Both the position numbers and the translations under genes were made by a program. From NCBI GenBank assembly GCA_029865125.1, contig JAOUHN010000002.1, positions 713 to 64,712 of the forward strand: 64,000 bases of DNA. Reading direction: 5' to 3'. This DNA comes from Candidatus Moraniibacteriota bacterium (GTDB lineage: Bacteria; Patescibacteriota; Minisyncoccia; Moranbacterales; UBA9337). Each line of letters starts with the position of its first letter. The first letter of the stretch is position 1. Positions 1 to 9,289 of this stretch are shown in pieces. Below the pieces are notes generated by a model, which ran no database searches, was not told where the DNA came from, and saw only the letters and a program-made list of their open reading frames with translations.

Positions 1-2148
1 CTCAGCCCTGAACAACTCAAAGATTTTAAAGGTCTTCGAGGAGACGCTTCAGACAACATTCCTGGAGTGAAAGGAATTGGAGAAAAAGGGGCTATTAATC
101 TTTTGAAAGAATACGAGACTTTGGAGGGGATATATGAGCATATTGATGAACTGAAGGGTGCTGTGAAAAAAAAGCTTGAGGATGGGAAAGAAATGGCATT
201 TCTTTCCAAGGAATTGGGAACAATTAAGACTGACATTGAGCTTGATTTAAAATTGGATGAATGTGCAACGCATGATTTTGATCGAGAAAAAGTAACCAGC
301 CTTTTTCGAGAGTTGAATTTTCACAGTCTTTTGAAAAGGCTTCCGGGAAATTCAGACTTAAGAAAGAGAGATGAGGCGGAGATGGAGAAACGAAAAGAGA
401 TTCAATGTGAACTTCTGACTGAAGATGGTTTGAAAAGATTTTTTGATGAAATGAGCAAGCAAAAAGAAGTAGCTTTTGATTTGAGTTGTGTGGGTGAAAA
501 TGTCAAAGCCCTATCTTTTTTCTGGGGAGAAAAAAAGGCATATTTTGTGGAAATTGATGATGATAGTTTGGAATATATCAAAGAATTTTTTGAAAAATCA
601 AGCGTGAAAAAGATTGGTTTTGAACTCAAAGATGCAATGAGAAAAATGGAAGAAGGGCTCGGAGTGAAAATGAATTTGAATGTGTGGGACACGAAACTTG
701 CGAGTTATCTTTTGAATCCTGGAGGAAAAATTGATTTTGGAAAAGTTGCACTAGAAGAGCTTGGAGAGGAGTTTGAGAAAGATAATGGAGGACAACTTAG
801 TCTTGGAATGGAGGGTATTGAGGAGATATCACAGAAGGGCTGCAAGAAAGTTAAAATTATTTTTGATTTGAAACAGAGATTGAATGAAAAATTGGAAGAA
901 ATTAGCAATGATCAGAAAAAGGGAAAAACAATTCTGGATGTTTTTGAAAAAATTGAAATGCCACTTACTCGAGTGCTTTTGAATATGGAAAGAAACGGAA
1001 TCAGATTAAACGTTTCTTTGATGAACGAAATGTCAAAAAAAATTGGAGGAGAACTCTCAAATCTTGAAAAAGAAATTTGCGACATAGCAGGAAGACAATT
1101 TAATATTAATTCGCCCAAACAACTCACAGAAATTCTTTTTGATGAAATGAAAATCTCAACAGAAGGCATCAAAAAGACTAAGACCGGAATTTCAACCGCA
1201 GCTAGTGAGTTGGAAAAATTGAGAGGTAGACATGATATTATTGCGAGTATTGAAAGATACCGTGAAGCATTCAAATTAAAAAGCACATACATTGATGCGC
1301 TTCCAAAAGCAGTAGACAAAAATTCAAGAATTCACACAACTTTCAATCAAGCAGTGACCGCAACCGGGCGACTTTCATCTGAAAATCCAAATCTTCAAAA
1401 TATTCCAATTCGAACTGTAGAAGGAAAAATGATTCGAACAGCCTTTGAGTCTGAAGACGGCTGGGTTTTTGTGGCAGCGGATTATTCTCAAATTGAACTT
1501 CGAGTGATGGCACACATCAGTGGAGACAAGAAATTGATCGAAGCTTTTGAAAAAGGCGAAGACATTCACAAAAAAACGGCTGCAGAAATCAACAAGGTGT
1601 CGTTGGATGAAGTGACTGACAAAATGAGAAGTGAAGCAAAGGCACTCAATTTCGGAGTGATTTATGGAATGGGCTCCTATGGCTTTTCTCAATCCGCTGG
1701 AATTGATCAAAAGGAAGCCAAAAAATACATTGAAAAGTACATGGAGAATTTTCCAGGAGTGGCAGCATACATTGAAAACACAAAAGAATTTGCTCGTAAA
1801 AATGAATTTGTGGAAACAAAAACAGGAAGGCGAAGATATTTGCCTGAAATTAATTCTTCTAATTTCATGGTGAAGGGCACAGCAGAAAGAATGGCAGTGA
1901 ACATGCCAGCACAAGGCTTTGCAGCTGACATTATGAAGATGGCAATGCTTGCAATCCACAAGGAATTTGCACTCAATTCTGATGTGAAAATAATTCTTCA
2001 GATTCACGATGAAATCATTTTGGAAGTGAAAAAAGAATTGGCTGAAAAAGTTTCTCACAAACTGAAAGAAATTATGGAAAATACGTATAAGCTAAACGTT
2101 CCTTTGGTAGTGGACACTGAAATTGGAAAGAACTGGGGAGAAGTGTAG
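1..2148 (+). CDS. polA: DNA polymerase I (5' end outside window)
   Basis: Frame-1 ORF is open from base 1 (LSPEQLKDFKGLRGDASDNIPGVKGIGEKG = 5'-3' exonuclease HhH region). Pol motif A DYSQIELRV, motif B RSEAKALNFGVIYG, motif C QIHDEI. Stop TAG at 2146-2148. Confidence 0.95.
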   Translation, partial: LSPEQLKDFKGLRGDASDNIPGVKGIGEKGAINLLKEYETLEGIYEHIDELKGAVKKKLEDGKEMAFLSKELGTIKTDIELDLKLDECATHDFDREKVTSLFRELNFHSLLKRLPGNSDLRKRDEAEMEKRKEIQCELLTEDGLKRFFDEMSKQKEVAFDLSCVGENVKALSFFWGEKKAYFVEIDDDSLEYIKEFFEKSSVKKIGFELKDAMRKMEEGLGVKMNLNVWDTKLASYLLNPGGKIDFGKVALEELGEEFEKDNGGQLSLGMEGIEEISQKGCKKVKIIFDLKQRLNEKLEEISNDQKKGKTILDVFEKIEMPLTRVLLNMERNGIRLNVSLMNEMSKKIGGELSNLEKEICDIAGRQFNINSPKQLTEILFDEMKISTEGIKKTKTGISTAASELEKLRGRHDIIASIERYREAFKLKSTYIDALPKAVDKNSRIHTTFNQAVTATGRLSSENPNLQNIPIRTVEGKMIRTAFESEDGWVFVAADYSQIELRVMAHISGDKKLIEAFEKGEDIHKKTAAEINKVSLDEVTDKMRSEAKALNFGVIYGMGSYGFSQSAGIDQKEAKKYIEKYMENFPGVAAYIENTKEFARKNEFVETKTGRRRYLPEINSSNFMVKGTAERMAVNMPAQGFAADIMKMAMLAIHKEFALNSDVKIILQIHDEIILEVKKELAEKVSHKLKEIMENTYKLNVPLVVDTEIGKNWGEV

Positions 2149-2277
2149 AATTGAGATTTGAGAATTGAGATTTGAGAATTAAAAATTCGTGTTAAGTGGA
2201 AGAAGATAGAAATAGAAAAAATCCCTCGCGAGGGATTTTTTATTTTCTCAACTCTCTTTCTCAACTCTCAATTCTAA

Positions 2278-3282
2278 TTAGGATAGTTCCATTTCAGAAA
2301 GTTTTTTTCGAGCCTCAGCCTGCATGTCTGTGATTGTGTCATTTTCATCAACGATTTCAATGCGAAGCACTTCCTCGATGATATCTTCAAGTGTGACTGC
2401 TCCTTCTAGACCACCGTATTCATTGAAAACAAATGCAAAATGACTTTTTTTCTTGATGAATTCTGATAAAAGTGAGTCTAGTTTTTTCCCTTCAGAAACA
2501 CGAATCAATTTATTTGTGCGAAGTATTTTTGAAATTTCTTCTCCAAATGGAATCCCAATTAAATCTTTGGAGTACAAAAGACCAATGATGTTGTCAATTC
2601 TTTTTTCATATACTGGAATTCTTGTGAATCCTTTTTCTCGTATTTTCTCCAAAGTTGTTTTATCTAGAACAGTATGTGAATCAAGAGTAAACAAAACTGA
2701 TCTTGGAGTCATGACATCTTCTACTGTTTTATGAGAAAAAGAAAGCGCCCCAAGAATAATTCTTTCTTCATCAGAATCAATATCAGAATGTGGAGAATCT
2801 TCATGAAGTTTCACAATTTCTCGAAGCTCATCTTTGCTCCAGATGGTCGGCATTTCTTCACCAAGTATTCTGTTGAGTGCCCATGCCATAGGAGCACAAA
2901 CCGGATAGAAGATGAAAATAAAAAAACGCACCAAAAAAACAGATTTGGCTCCAAACTTGAGAGCATGTCTTGAAAACACTGCCTGTGGAATGATTTCTCC
3001 GAAAATAACAATAAGAGCAGTTGATATGATCCCTGCTATAACCCCACTAACAATACTTCCCAGAAAGATACTGATTGCTGAGTTGACCGCAACGTTTCCA
3101 ATGAGAAGGGTGACCAAAAGGAGGTTTCCGTTTTTGCGAACGGGATACACCTTTTTTGCATCCTTGTTTCCAAGCTTAATTTTTCTTTCAAGATCTGTTT
3201 TGTTGAGACTAAGAAGACCCAGATTCAATCCGGAAAAGATTCCGGAAAGTGTAATAAGAACGAACACTAAAAAATACGCCAT
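2278..3282 (-). CDS. CNNM/CorC-family membrane protein (DUF21 + CBS pair), hemolysin-like
   Basis: N-terminal multi-TM DUF21-like region (MAYFLVFVLITLSGIFSGLNLGLLSL...) followed by CBS-pair region and short C-terminal domain. Confidence 0.75.
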   Translation of the reverse strand: MAYFLVFVLITLSGIFSGLNLGLLSLNKTDLERKIKLGNKDAKKVYPVRKNGNLLLVTLLIGNVAVNSAISIFLGSIVSGVIAGIISTALIVIFGEIIPQAVFSRHALKFGAKSVFLVRFFIFIFYPVCAPMAWALNRILGEEMPTIWSKDELREIVKLHEDSPHSDIDSDEERIILGALSFSHKTVEDVMTPRSVLFTLDSHTVLDKTTLEKIREKGFTRIPVYEKRIDNIIGLLYSKDLIGIPFGEEISKILRTNKLIRVSEGKKLDSLLSEFIKKKSHFAFVFNEYGGLEGAVTLEDIIEEVLRIEIVDENDTITDMQAEARKKLSEMELS

Positions 3283-3303
3283 AAAAAATTTTAAAAATTA
3301 CAT

Positions 3304-3420
3304 TTAAAGTATACCACATAACATGAGACATGTATCATAGAGCGCGTAACATATAGCATAGAGCATGAAACATGTGGCATGGGACATGAAATACGTGATA
3401 TTTAACATAGAACAGTGTAG
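3304..3420. repeat. degenerate 9-bp tandem repeats (CATAGAGCA/CATGAAACA/CATGGGACA family)
   Basis: Visible tandem 9-mers. The same family recurs at 8860-8965, 18351-18595, 19290-19345, 24958-24990, 40358-40395, 41283-41325, 46782-46985 and 48080-48200. Confidence 0.8.
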
Positions 3421-3545
3421 TAAAAAAGTCAAAGGTACATAAGGTCTGTAAAGTCCGTAAAGTCCGTAAAGTCCATTGAGTCCATAAAGTCGAAAGTCTG
3501 TAAAGTCCGTAAAGTCTGTAAAATCCATTGAGTCCATAAAGTCGA
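3421..3545. repeat. tandem GTAAAGTCC / CATTGAGTC 9-bp repeats
   Basis: gtaaagtccgtaaagtccgtaaagtccattgagtccataaagtcgaaagtctgtaaagtccgtaaagtctgtaaaatccattgagtccataaagtcgaaagt. A second array is at 53395-53465. Confidence 0.85.
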
Positions 3546-3808
3546 AAGTGTTTCCAAGCTATTGGGCTATTACGAGGCGGCTATTGACAAAATTGATGAA
3601 ATATGCTAGGATGTACAGTCAAGTTGAAATGAGATTTGAGATGGGAGATTTGAGAATTGAGAATTTTTAAAACTAAATATATTAGGAAAATGTTTGGAGA
3701 GAGACATGAATTTTAAAAAGAAGACAACCGTTAGTCTTTTTGTGTCTCAGTGTCTAAGCATATTGATTACACAAGATTGATAGTTGTTTTTTTATTCTAT
3801 CGTTACTT

Positions 3809-3891
3809 GTCATTCTGAACTTGATTCAGAATCCCGAAATAATATCACGCGCGTTAGTCGTGGGGGATCCTGAAACAAGTTTAGGATGACA
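3809..3891. mobile_element. palindromic MITE-like element, family A (GTCATYCTGAAC...GTTCAGRATGAC)
   Basis: gtcattctgaacttgattcagaatcccg...ggatcctgaaacaagtttaggatgaca. Each arm is itself a hairpin. Homologous copies are at 13745-13827, 20106-20190, 42880-43290, 55632-55723 and 62199-62281. Confidence 0.8.
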
Positions 3892-4807
3892 TGGTGTATA
3901 AGTTGGGAAGAAGAATTGTGAAAAAGATAAAGATGAAGAAATTAATTCAGGGCATATATATGAAAACAGGCCTCACGAATCAATTTTCAGAAAAAGAATC
4001 GATTTCACAATTCTCTTTCTCAGAAATTAGAGTTGAGATTTGAGAGGTGAGAGTTGAGAAATAATGAAAAGATTTTTGGGAACAATCCTTGTGGTTGAAC
4101 CCAAAAATCTCTTGGTTATTTTGACTAAAGAGAAAAAATGTTCTTTTAGACCCAATCGTTTTTTTGTTGAGTTGATAGAGGCGGGCATAATTTGAAAATA
4201 GCATTTGGATTTTTTAGTCTTGCCAGGCTGAAAATAAAAAATGATGATTTTTTAATTATGGCTCTTTAAGATTTTTTTTCGGGAAAAAGGAGAATGCTTT
4301 GAAAAAAGCAAGAGAACCTCCCAGAGGTGGGACTCAAAACAAAGGCGTAGTAGCCCGGCAGTTATTTTCACCCGTAAGGATTCTGTCGTGATACTTTTCA
4401 ATGAGATTTGGCAGTTTCAAAGAAAGTAAAAGGATGCAGGGGGTTTGTGGTTACCTCCAAACAAAAAGCACAAGTTTTTCTGATTTAGATTTATTGAGGA
4501 GGCATGGCCCTCAATGAATAGAATTTTTCAGAAAACTAACTCAATGAGCCTTAGGTCAAGGCCAAAAAAATGATCCCATGAAAATAAAAAAGTGTGTTTT
4601 TCGCACAAGCACTTACATTACTAATTCGGATTATTGTGCGACAATGAATAATCCGAATATAATTTTCAAATGATTACGAAGATTTGCTCAATAAATTATT
4701 TTTGCTCAAATCCTCCTGATCATTTGTTTTATGATTAGGTGTAATTTGACAATTAGGTATTGGATTTAACATTAATTTTTCACGGAGATTTTTCAAGGAG
4801 GCTCTGA

Positions 4808-5296
4808 ATGTGGAAACTAGGTTCTGATGAATTAGTCAGTAATCGACATCACAGTCATCTTCATGATGATGTGGCTGAAATTTTGACTGAGGCGTTGTCT
4901 AGAATTGATTCTGGGAAACGAGATTTTTTCGTGGAACAGGTGGATTTTGGTAGAGTTGTTGGAGAAACGATTTGTGTTGCCACTGATAATGGTGATGAAA
5001 TTGTTTTTGCAAAACGGCCGAAGCGATATGGGCATACTCGATTTGTGAAAACCAAAAGGCCTGAGCCGTGCTCAAGTCTTGTGGTTATTCTCAAGAAAAT
5101 CGAGACTGGATATGTTCTCATATCGGCGTTTGTTGGCGTTAAGCCACAGCCGGAACCTTGGGATCACAGAAGTTTTTCCCAGCAATCTGATCCGCAAAAG
5201 GCGGAAAGACTGGCGATAGAATTTTGGAACTCGCATGCTCTTGTTTGGGGCTGCGATGTGATTTCAGGGACAGAGACAACTCGATGCCCTTGGTAA
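4808..5296 (+). CDS. hypothetical protein, first gene of GC-rich MoxR-vWA operon
   Basis: 162-aa ORF, AGGAGG RBS 8 nt upstream (4794-4799), GC content clearly above surrounding genes; no recognisable family. Confidence 0.5.
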   Translation: MWKLGSDELVSNRHHSHLHDDVAEILTEALSRIDSGKRDFFVEQVDFGRVVGETICVATDNGDEIVFAKRPKRYGHTRFVKTKRPEPCSSLVVILKKIETGYVLISAFVGVKPQPEPWDHRSFSQQSDPQKAERLAIEFWNSHALVWGCDVISGTETTRCPW

Positions 5297-5473
5297 AATT
5301 CGAGAATTAAGCGACTTACTTCGCGTGTTTTGACAAAATTCAGAACATAGGCGAGTAAGCGTCTATGATTTCTAGGTGATTCCCCACCAGCAAGAGCGGG
5401 AGAAGTGCAAGGTCTGAAATTGTCAACAATCGGCAGTGAAAGAGCGCTAAAACTTATCTGATGGAGAAAGATC

Positions 5474-6553
5474 ATGACTAATATCGCACAAAAAATCCAA
5501 AAAAGCCTGGTAGAATCTTTTGTTTTCACTAATGAAATCGCAAGGATACTCTCCTTGGGATTTGTTGGAAAAAGAAACATTATCGTTTTTGGGCCTGGCG
5601 GACATGGAAAGTCTGCAATGGTACAAAAGGTCATCGAAGACCTCGGTATGGCCGAGGAAACCTTTTTTCAATTCTTTGGCGAAGGCATGGACGAGTCCCG
5701 TCTTTTTGGCGGACTCAACTTCAAAAAGTTAGAAGAGGAAAAAGTTTTGGAATACTATCCCGAGAAATCTTTTCTGAATTCTCGGGTGGCCGTGTTTGAG
5801 GAGCTCTTTGATGCTCCTGCATCAGTTTTACTAGCTCTTAAGGACGTGTTGACTGCCAAAGAGCTTAGGAATGGATCGCAGCGATTCAAAATGAAAACCG
5901 AGGTTATTATTTGTCTTACCAACAAAGAGCCGAGCGAAATTTCGGACCTTGGTCCGGCAACTCATGCATTGATTGAGCGGTTTCCGCTTCAGCTCAATTT
6001 GAAGTGGAAGGACTATTCAGCTAAGAGTTATCTTCAGATGTTTGAGAAGGTAGCACATCAGTTTGACGGACCGGTTCTCAACGGATTCAAAGCTGTCTTG
6101 GCTGAAATTTTGGCCAAGGCTACCGAGGAAGGAAATTTTGTTTCTCCGCGGACAGCCGTGCACGCTTTTCAAGTGTGCCAAACGGCAGCGCAAATTCGTG
6201 GAGCAACCCAGGTTGAAAAGCAGGATCTCACTGATCTTCGTTTTTTGCCTGGACTTGAGGGCCTTGCTGAGACTATTCAGAAGGACCTCAATGTTGCCAT
6301 GGAGCGAGCCGAAGCGGAGGCTAAACTGGTTGAGGCAGAAGAAAAACTTCGGCGGTTAACCGGAGAACTTCGTGAAGCTAGTGCGCCGATTAAGGCGCTT
6401 CAGGTTGCCAAGAAATTGATGGCTTTTCAAGATGAGACTGCCAAGTTAAAAGTGACCGATGGTCTCAAGGATCGTCGCAAGGCGATTCGCGACTCGGTCG
6501 GTGAAAAAATCGCTGAGGCTCAAGCAAGAGCTTTGGAAAATACCCGCATTTAA
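5474..6553 (+). CDS. MoxR-like AAA+ ATPase with C-terminal coiled coil
   Basis: Walker A GPGGHGKS. MoxR/AAA_5-like core (VAVFEELFDAPASVLLALKDVLTAKELRNG...VIICLTNKEP...ATHALIERFPLQL, sensor LIERF ~ LDRF). C-terminal heptad-like AEAEAKLVEAEEKLRRLTGELRE. Confidence 0.7.
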   Translation: MTNIAQKIQKSLVESFVFTNEIARILSLGFVGKRNIIVFGPGGHGKSAMVQKVIEDLGMAEETFFQFFGEGMDESRLFGGLNFKKLEEEKVLEYYPEKSFLNSRVAVFEELFDAPASVLLALKDVLTAKELRNGSQRFKMKTEVIICLTNKEPSEISDLGPATHALIERFPLQLNLKWKDYSAKSYLQMFEKVAHQFDGPVLNGFKAVLAEILAKATEEGNFVSPRTAVHAFQVCQTAAQIRGATQVEKQDLTDLRFLPGLEGLAETIQKDLNVAMERAEAEAKLVEAEEKLRRLTGELREASAPIKALQVAKKLMAFQDETAKLKVTDGLKDRRKAIRDSVGEKIAEAQARALENTRI

Positions 6554-6563
6554 GGAGGGGCAG

Positions 6564-7919
6564 ATGACACAATTTACATTTCGGACATCTTCCTCGCCGA
6601 CATACATCTCGCCTAGTGCGGATGAAATGCGGGAGATGGGAGAGAAGCTGGGTCTCAAGAAATTTTCAAGAGATCTCGTAGCTGATCTTTGCAATCTGGC
6701 TTCTGGGGGAGTGGTAAATCCTCCTTCCACGTATCGCAATGAAGTACAGCGTAAAGTGGAGGACAAGCTTCCCGCTCCTAATGACAAGGGGCAGTGGAAG
6801 AGCAAGGCCGGGAAATGGACAGCGGATCGACAGATGATGATTGTCGAAGGCACGGAAAAAGCCATGAGATATCATCAAAATGTTTGTGATTTTTTGCAAG
6901 CAGTCGAGTTGGATAAATTTCCCGGAAATTCACCACTTGAAAAAGCAATGAACCTTCTTAAGCTCCTGTCGAAGAAAAACGGAGCTGCAGGAGGCGACGA
7001 AGGAGAAGAGCCTCTTCCAATCTTCACGGACAATGATCAATCGGAAGAGATTGGGGAGAGTTTGAATCAACTTATGGACGACATTGATTCGTTGTCTAGT
7101 GATGAGAAACAGCTGCTTGATCCTGAAGAGTCTGACTCTGAGGGCGAAAGTAAAGGTGACGGAGACGATAATCTTCGAAAAATGAAGCTTGCCGAAGATT
7201 TTTTGAGAGGCAAGGAAATGATGCTTGAGATCTCGAGAAATCTGGACAGGCTCACGCGGATGCAGGTTCGAAAGAGCAAGAAGCAAGAGCCGGATCCAGC
7301 GGGAGACAGTGTCAGAAATCGTCCAATGAAGCATTTGGACGAGATGCATCGGATGGTAAAGCCTGAGTGGGCGTTGCCTAGTGCTTATCGTACCTATCGA
7401 ATGGTGACAAAGGCTGCCCAGGTTCGCGAACGTGTCACGACCATTGAGAAAAAGCAGTTATTGTATGTTATTATTGACTGCTCAGGATCAATGGGTCAAG
7501 GGAAGCGGATTTTCAAGGCTGGTGGAATTCTCATGAATCGCCTTAAGGCGGTGATTGAGGGTGAAGCTGAGCTATATGTTCGGCTTTTTGATACAAATCT
7601 TAAAGACGAGCATCATGCTTCGTCTTCTAGTGAGGCAAAGGAGTTGATTCGCCATTTTACAGAAAAGAATTATTCTGGCGGTTCAACGGATATCTCAGCT
7701 TGCGTTCGAGCAGCGCAAGAGCGTATCAATGAAATTGTTGCGCAAGGATCAACTTATCGTCCCGAATTAGTCATCATCACAGATGGCGATGATAAGATAA
7801 ATTTGACTTTGCATGAGCTCAAAGGGACAAAGGCTCATGCGTTTGTGGTCGAATGTGCAAATAAGGCGCTAACTGATCTCGCTATTTCTACAGGCGGGGT
7901 TGGAATAAATAAAATGTAG
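6564..7919 (+). CDS. von Willebrand factor A (vWA) domain protein with long acidic N-terminal region
   Basis: Start reassigned to ATG 6564 behind AAGGAGGGG RBS (the ORF-track start at 6459 overlaps the MoxR gene). MIDAS motif DCSGSM ... GGSTD ... ITDGDD. Acidic linker DDIDSLSSDEKQLLDPEESDSEGESKGDGDD. Confidence 0.8.
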   Translation: MTQFTFRTSSSPTYISPSADEMREMGEKLGLKKFSRDLVADLCNLASGGVVNPPSTYRNEVQRKVEDKLPAPNDKGQWKSKAGKWTADRQMMIVEGTEKAMRYHQNVCDFLQAVELDKFPGNSPLEKAMNLLKLLSKKNGAAGGDEGEEPLPIFTDNDQSEEIGESLNQLMDDIDSLSSDEKQLLDPEESDSEGESKGDGDDNLRKMKLAEDFLRGKEMMLEISRNLDRLTRMQVRKSKKQEPDPAGDSVRNRPMKHLDEMHRMVKPEWALPSAYRTYRMVTKAAQVRERVTTIEKKQLLYVIIDCSGSMGQGKRIFKAGGILMNRLKAVIEGEAELYVRLFDTNLKDEHHASSSSEAKELIRHFTEKNYSGGSTDISACVRAAQERINEIVAQGSTYRPELVIITDGDDKINLTLHELKGTKAHAFVVECANKALTDLAISTGGVGINKM

Positions 7920-8599
7920 AATTGGAGGTGGACATGGTGCGAATAAGAGATTCTCCTTAGCTAGTAATCCAATGCTAGAGAGAGGTAGTAGCTCAATCAC
8001 AAGAAAAACTACCCGGCGGTATGCTTCCGATTTTTCTTTAGAGAAGTCGCCGTCGTTAACTTTCAAGAATTCGAATAGTTTTTGAAAGAAATTAGGGAGC
8101 AAGGGGGTTAATGAAAAGGAGCGAAACCTCTAAACAAAAAGAGCGTAAATATTGATAATGAAATGGCTGTGGAGGTATGACCCACGAAATCAATCTTATC
8201 AATATCCTTTCATAATTCTTTAGCTGAGTAGAACACAAAAAATCAGCATCATAACCTGAACAAGTTTTAGAATATTTGACTTGCTCTTGCATGCCTTTTA
8301 AAAAGGACAAGATTTGTTAGAATTTATTCTCATAAATCGGTAAGATCCATCTGCTAAACGGGAAAAGCCATGCAGGTGATAAATATTCCGAATCGTTTCA
8401 TTCTTTAGGTTGAGGGAGTTTGAAACATATGATTTCTGTGGCTTCAATCTGTGAACAGGCGCAGTAAACCCTCTTAACGCGCAATCAGCTGATTGTGTAT
8501 CGTTAATTCTACAAGGAGGTTCAGATATAATTTATCTGTTCCTCCTTAACTTAATATTAGTATTGATATAAATCGTTTTGGATTTGCAGGGTAAGCTAA

Positions 8600-8760
8600 G
8601 AGCCTGTTTAAAGTCTCCGTATTCTACTGCGAATCTGAGATTTTGGCTGCAAAATACCTAAATTTCGTTGAATTACTTTCCAAGTAGTCCTGTCTCAATT
8701 TATGTATTTTTCGCCTAAAATCTCAAATTCTCGCTACGAAAAGAGATTTTAAACAGGCTC
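8600..8760. mobile_element. MITE-like element family B (~160 bp, TIR GAGCCTGTTTAAA)
   Basis: gagcctgtttaaagtctccgtattctactgcgaatctgag...gagattttaaacaggctc. Near-identical copies at 28322-28481 and 32558-32718. Confidence 0.8.
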
Positions 8761-9289
8761 CGAGGTATTTCGTGAGTTTCATTTTTGGAGCTCAACTCTC
8801 TCCTTGAAATACTTTCTAGCCTACTTTGCAAATCTAAGACGGTTTGCAATATGTAGCATAGAACATAGAACATATAGCATAGAACATATAACATGGAGCA
8901 TAGAGCATGGAACTTAGAACATGGGACATATGACATAGAACACATAACATACAGCACATAATATACAGCATGGAGAATAATACAGGTGAATTTCGGTTCA
9001 GCTGTTTTTTTGTGTATGAATTAGAGTTGAGATGGTAGATCTGAGATAGAGAAACCCCTCCTCAGTCCTCCCCTTTAAAAAGAGGAGGAGGAAGTGAGAA
9101 TAATTTAAGATGTGATATGAGAAATATAAACCCCCTTTCCGCCAATTGGCGGACTCCCTTTGATGGAAAGGGGAGGAAGGAGGTGTTTTGTAATAGTTTG
9201 ATTTGATGATATAATATCACTATAGGAGATGCGAGAGGAGAGATAGGGATTTGAGAAATAATTTTAGAAAACTTAAAAATTAAAAACAT

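Noticed and set aside
1375-2058. Antisense ORFs inside polA, the RND permease (e.g. 22242-22724) and other long genes
   Set aside because: They lie fully within strongly supported genes on the opposite strand and are low-complexity. Typical AT-rich antisense artefacts.
3304-3537. ORF 3304-3537 (-). Similar repeat-derived ORFs at 8715-8957, 46664-46849, 46749-46994 and 46777-46980
   Set aside because: Encoded entirely by short tandem repeats (e.g. HGTWNMEHGTWNME). Artefactual.
3304-3545. Possible CRISPR arrays at the tandem-repeat loci
   Set aside because: Units are 7-14 bp and directly abutting, with no unique spacers of 25-40 bp and no cas genes. These are satellite-like repeats, not CRISPR.
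3546-4807. tmRNA / RNase P RNA / SRP RNA in the large intergenic regions
   Set aside because: I could not find the conserved cores (e.g. GGAAAGTCCGGGC, AGGAAGCAGC, tRNA-like acceptor/T-arm ends) by eye. This needs a covariance-model scan to settle.
6459-6563. N-terminal 35-codon extension of the vWA gene given in the ORF track
   Set aside because: It overlaps the end of the MoxR gene and lacks an RBS. The ATG at 6564 has a perfect AAGGAGGGG RBS.
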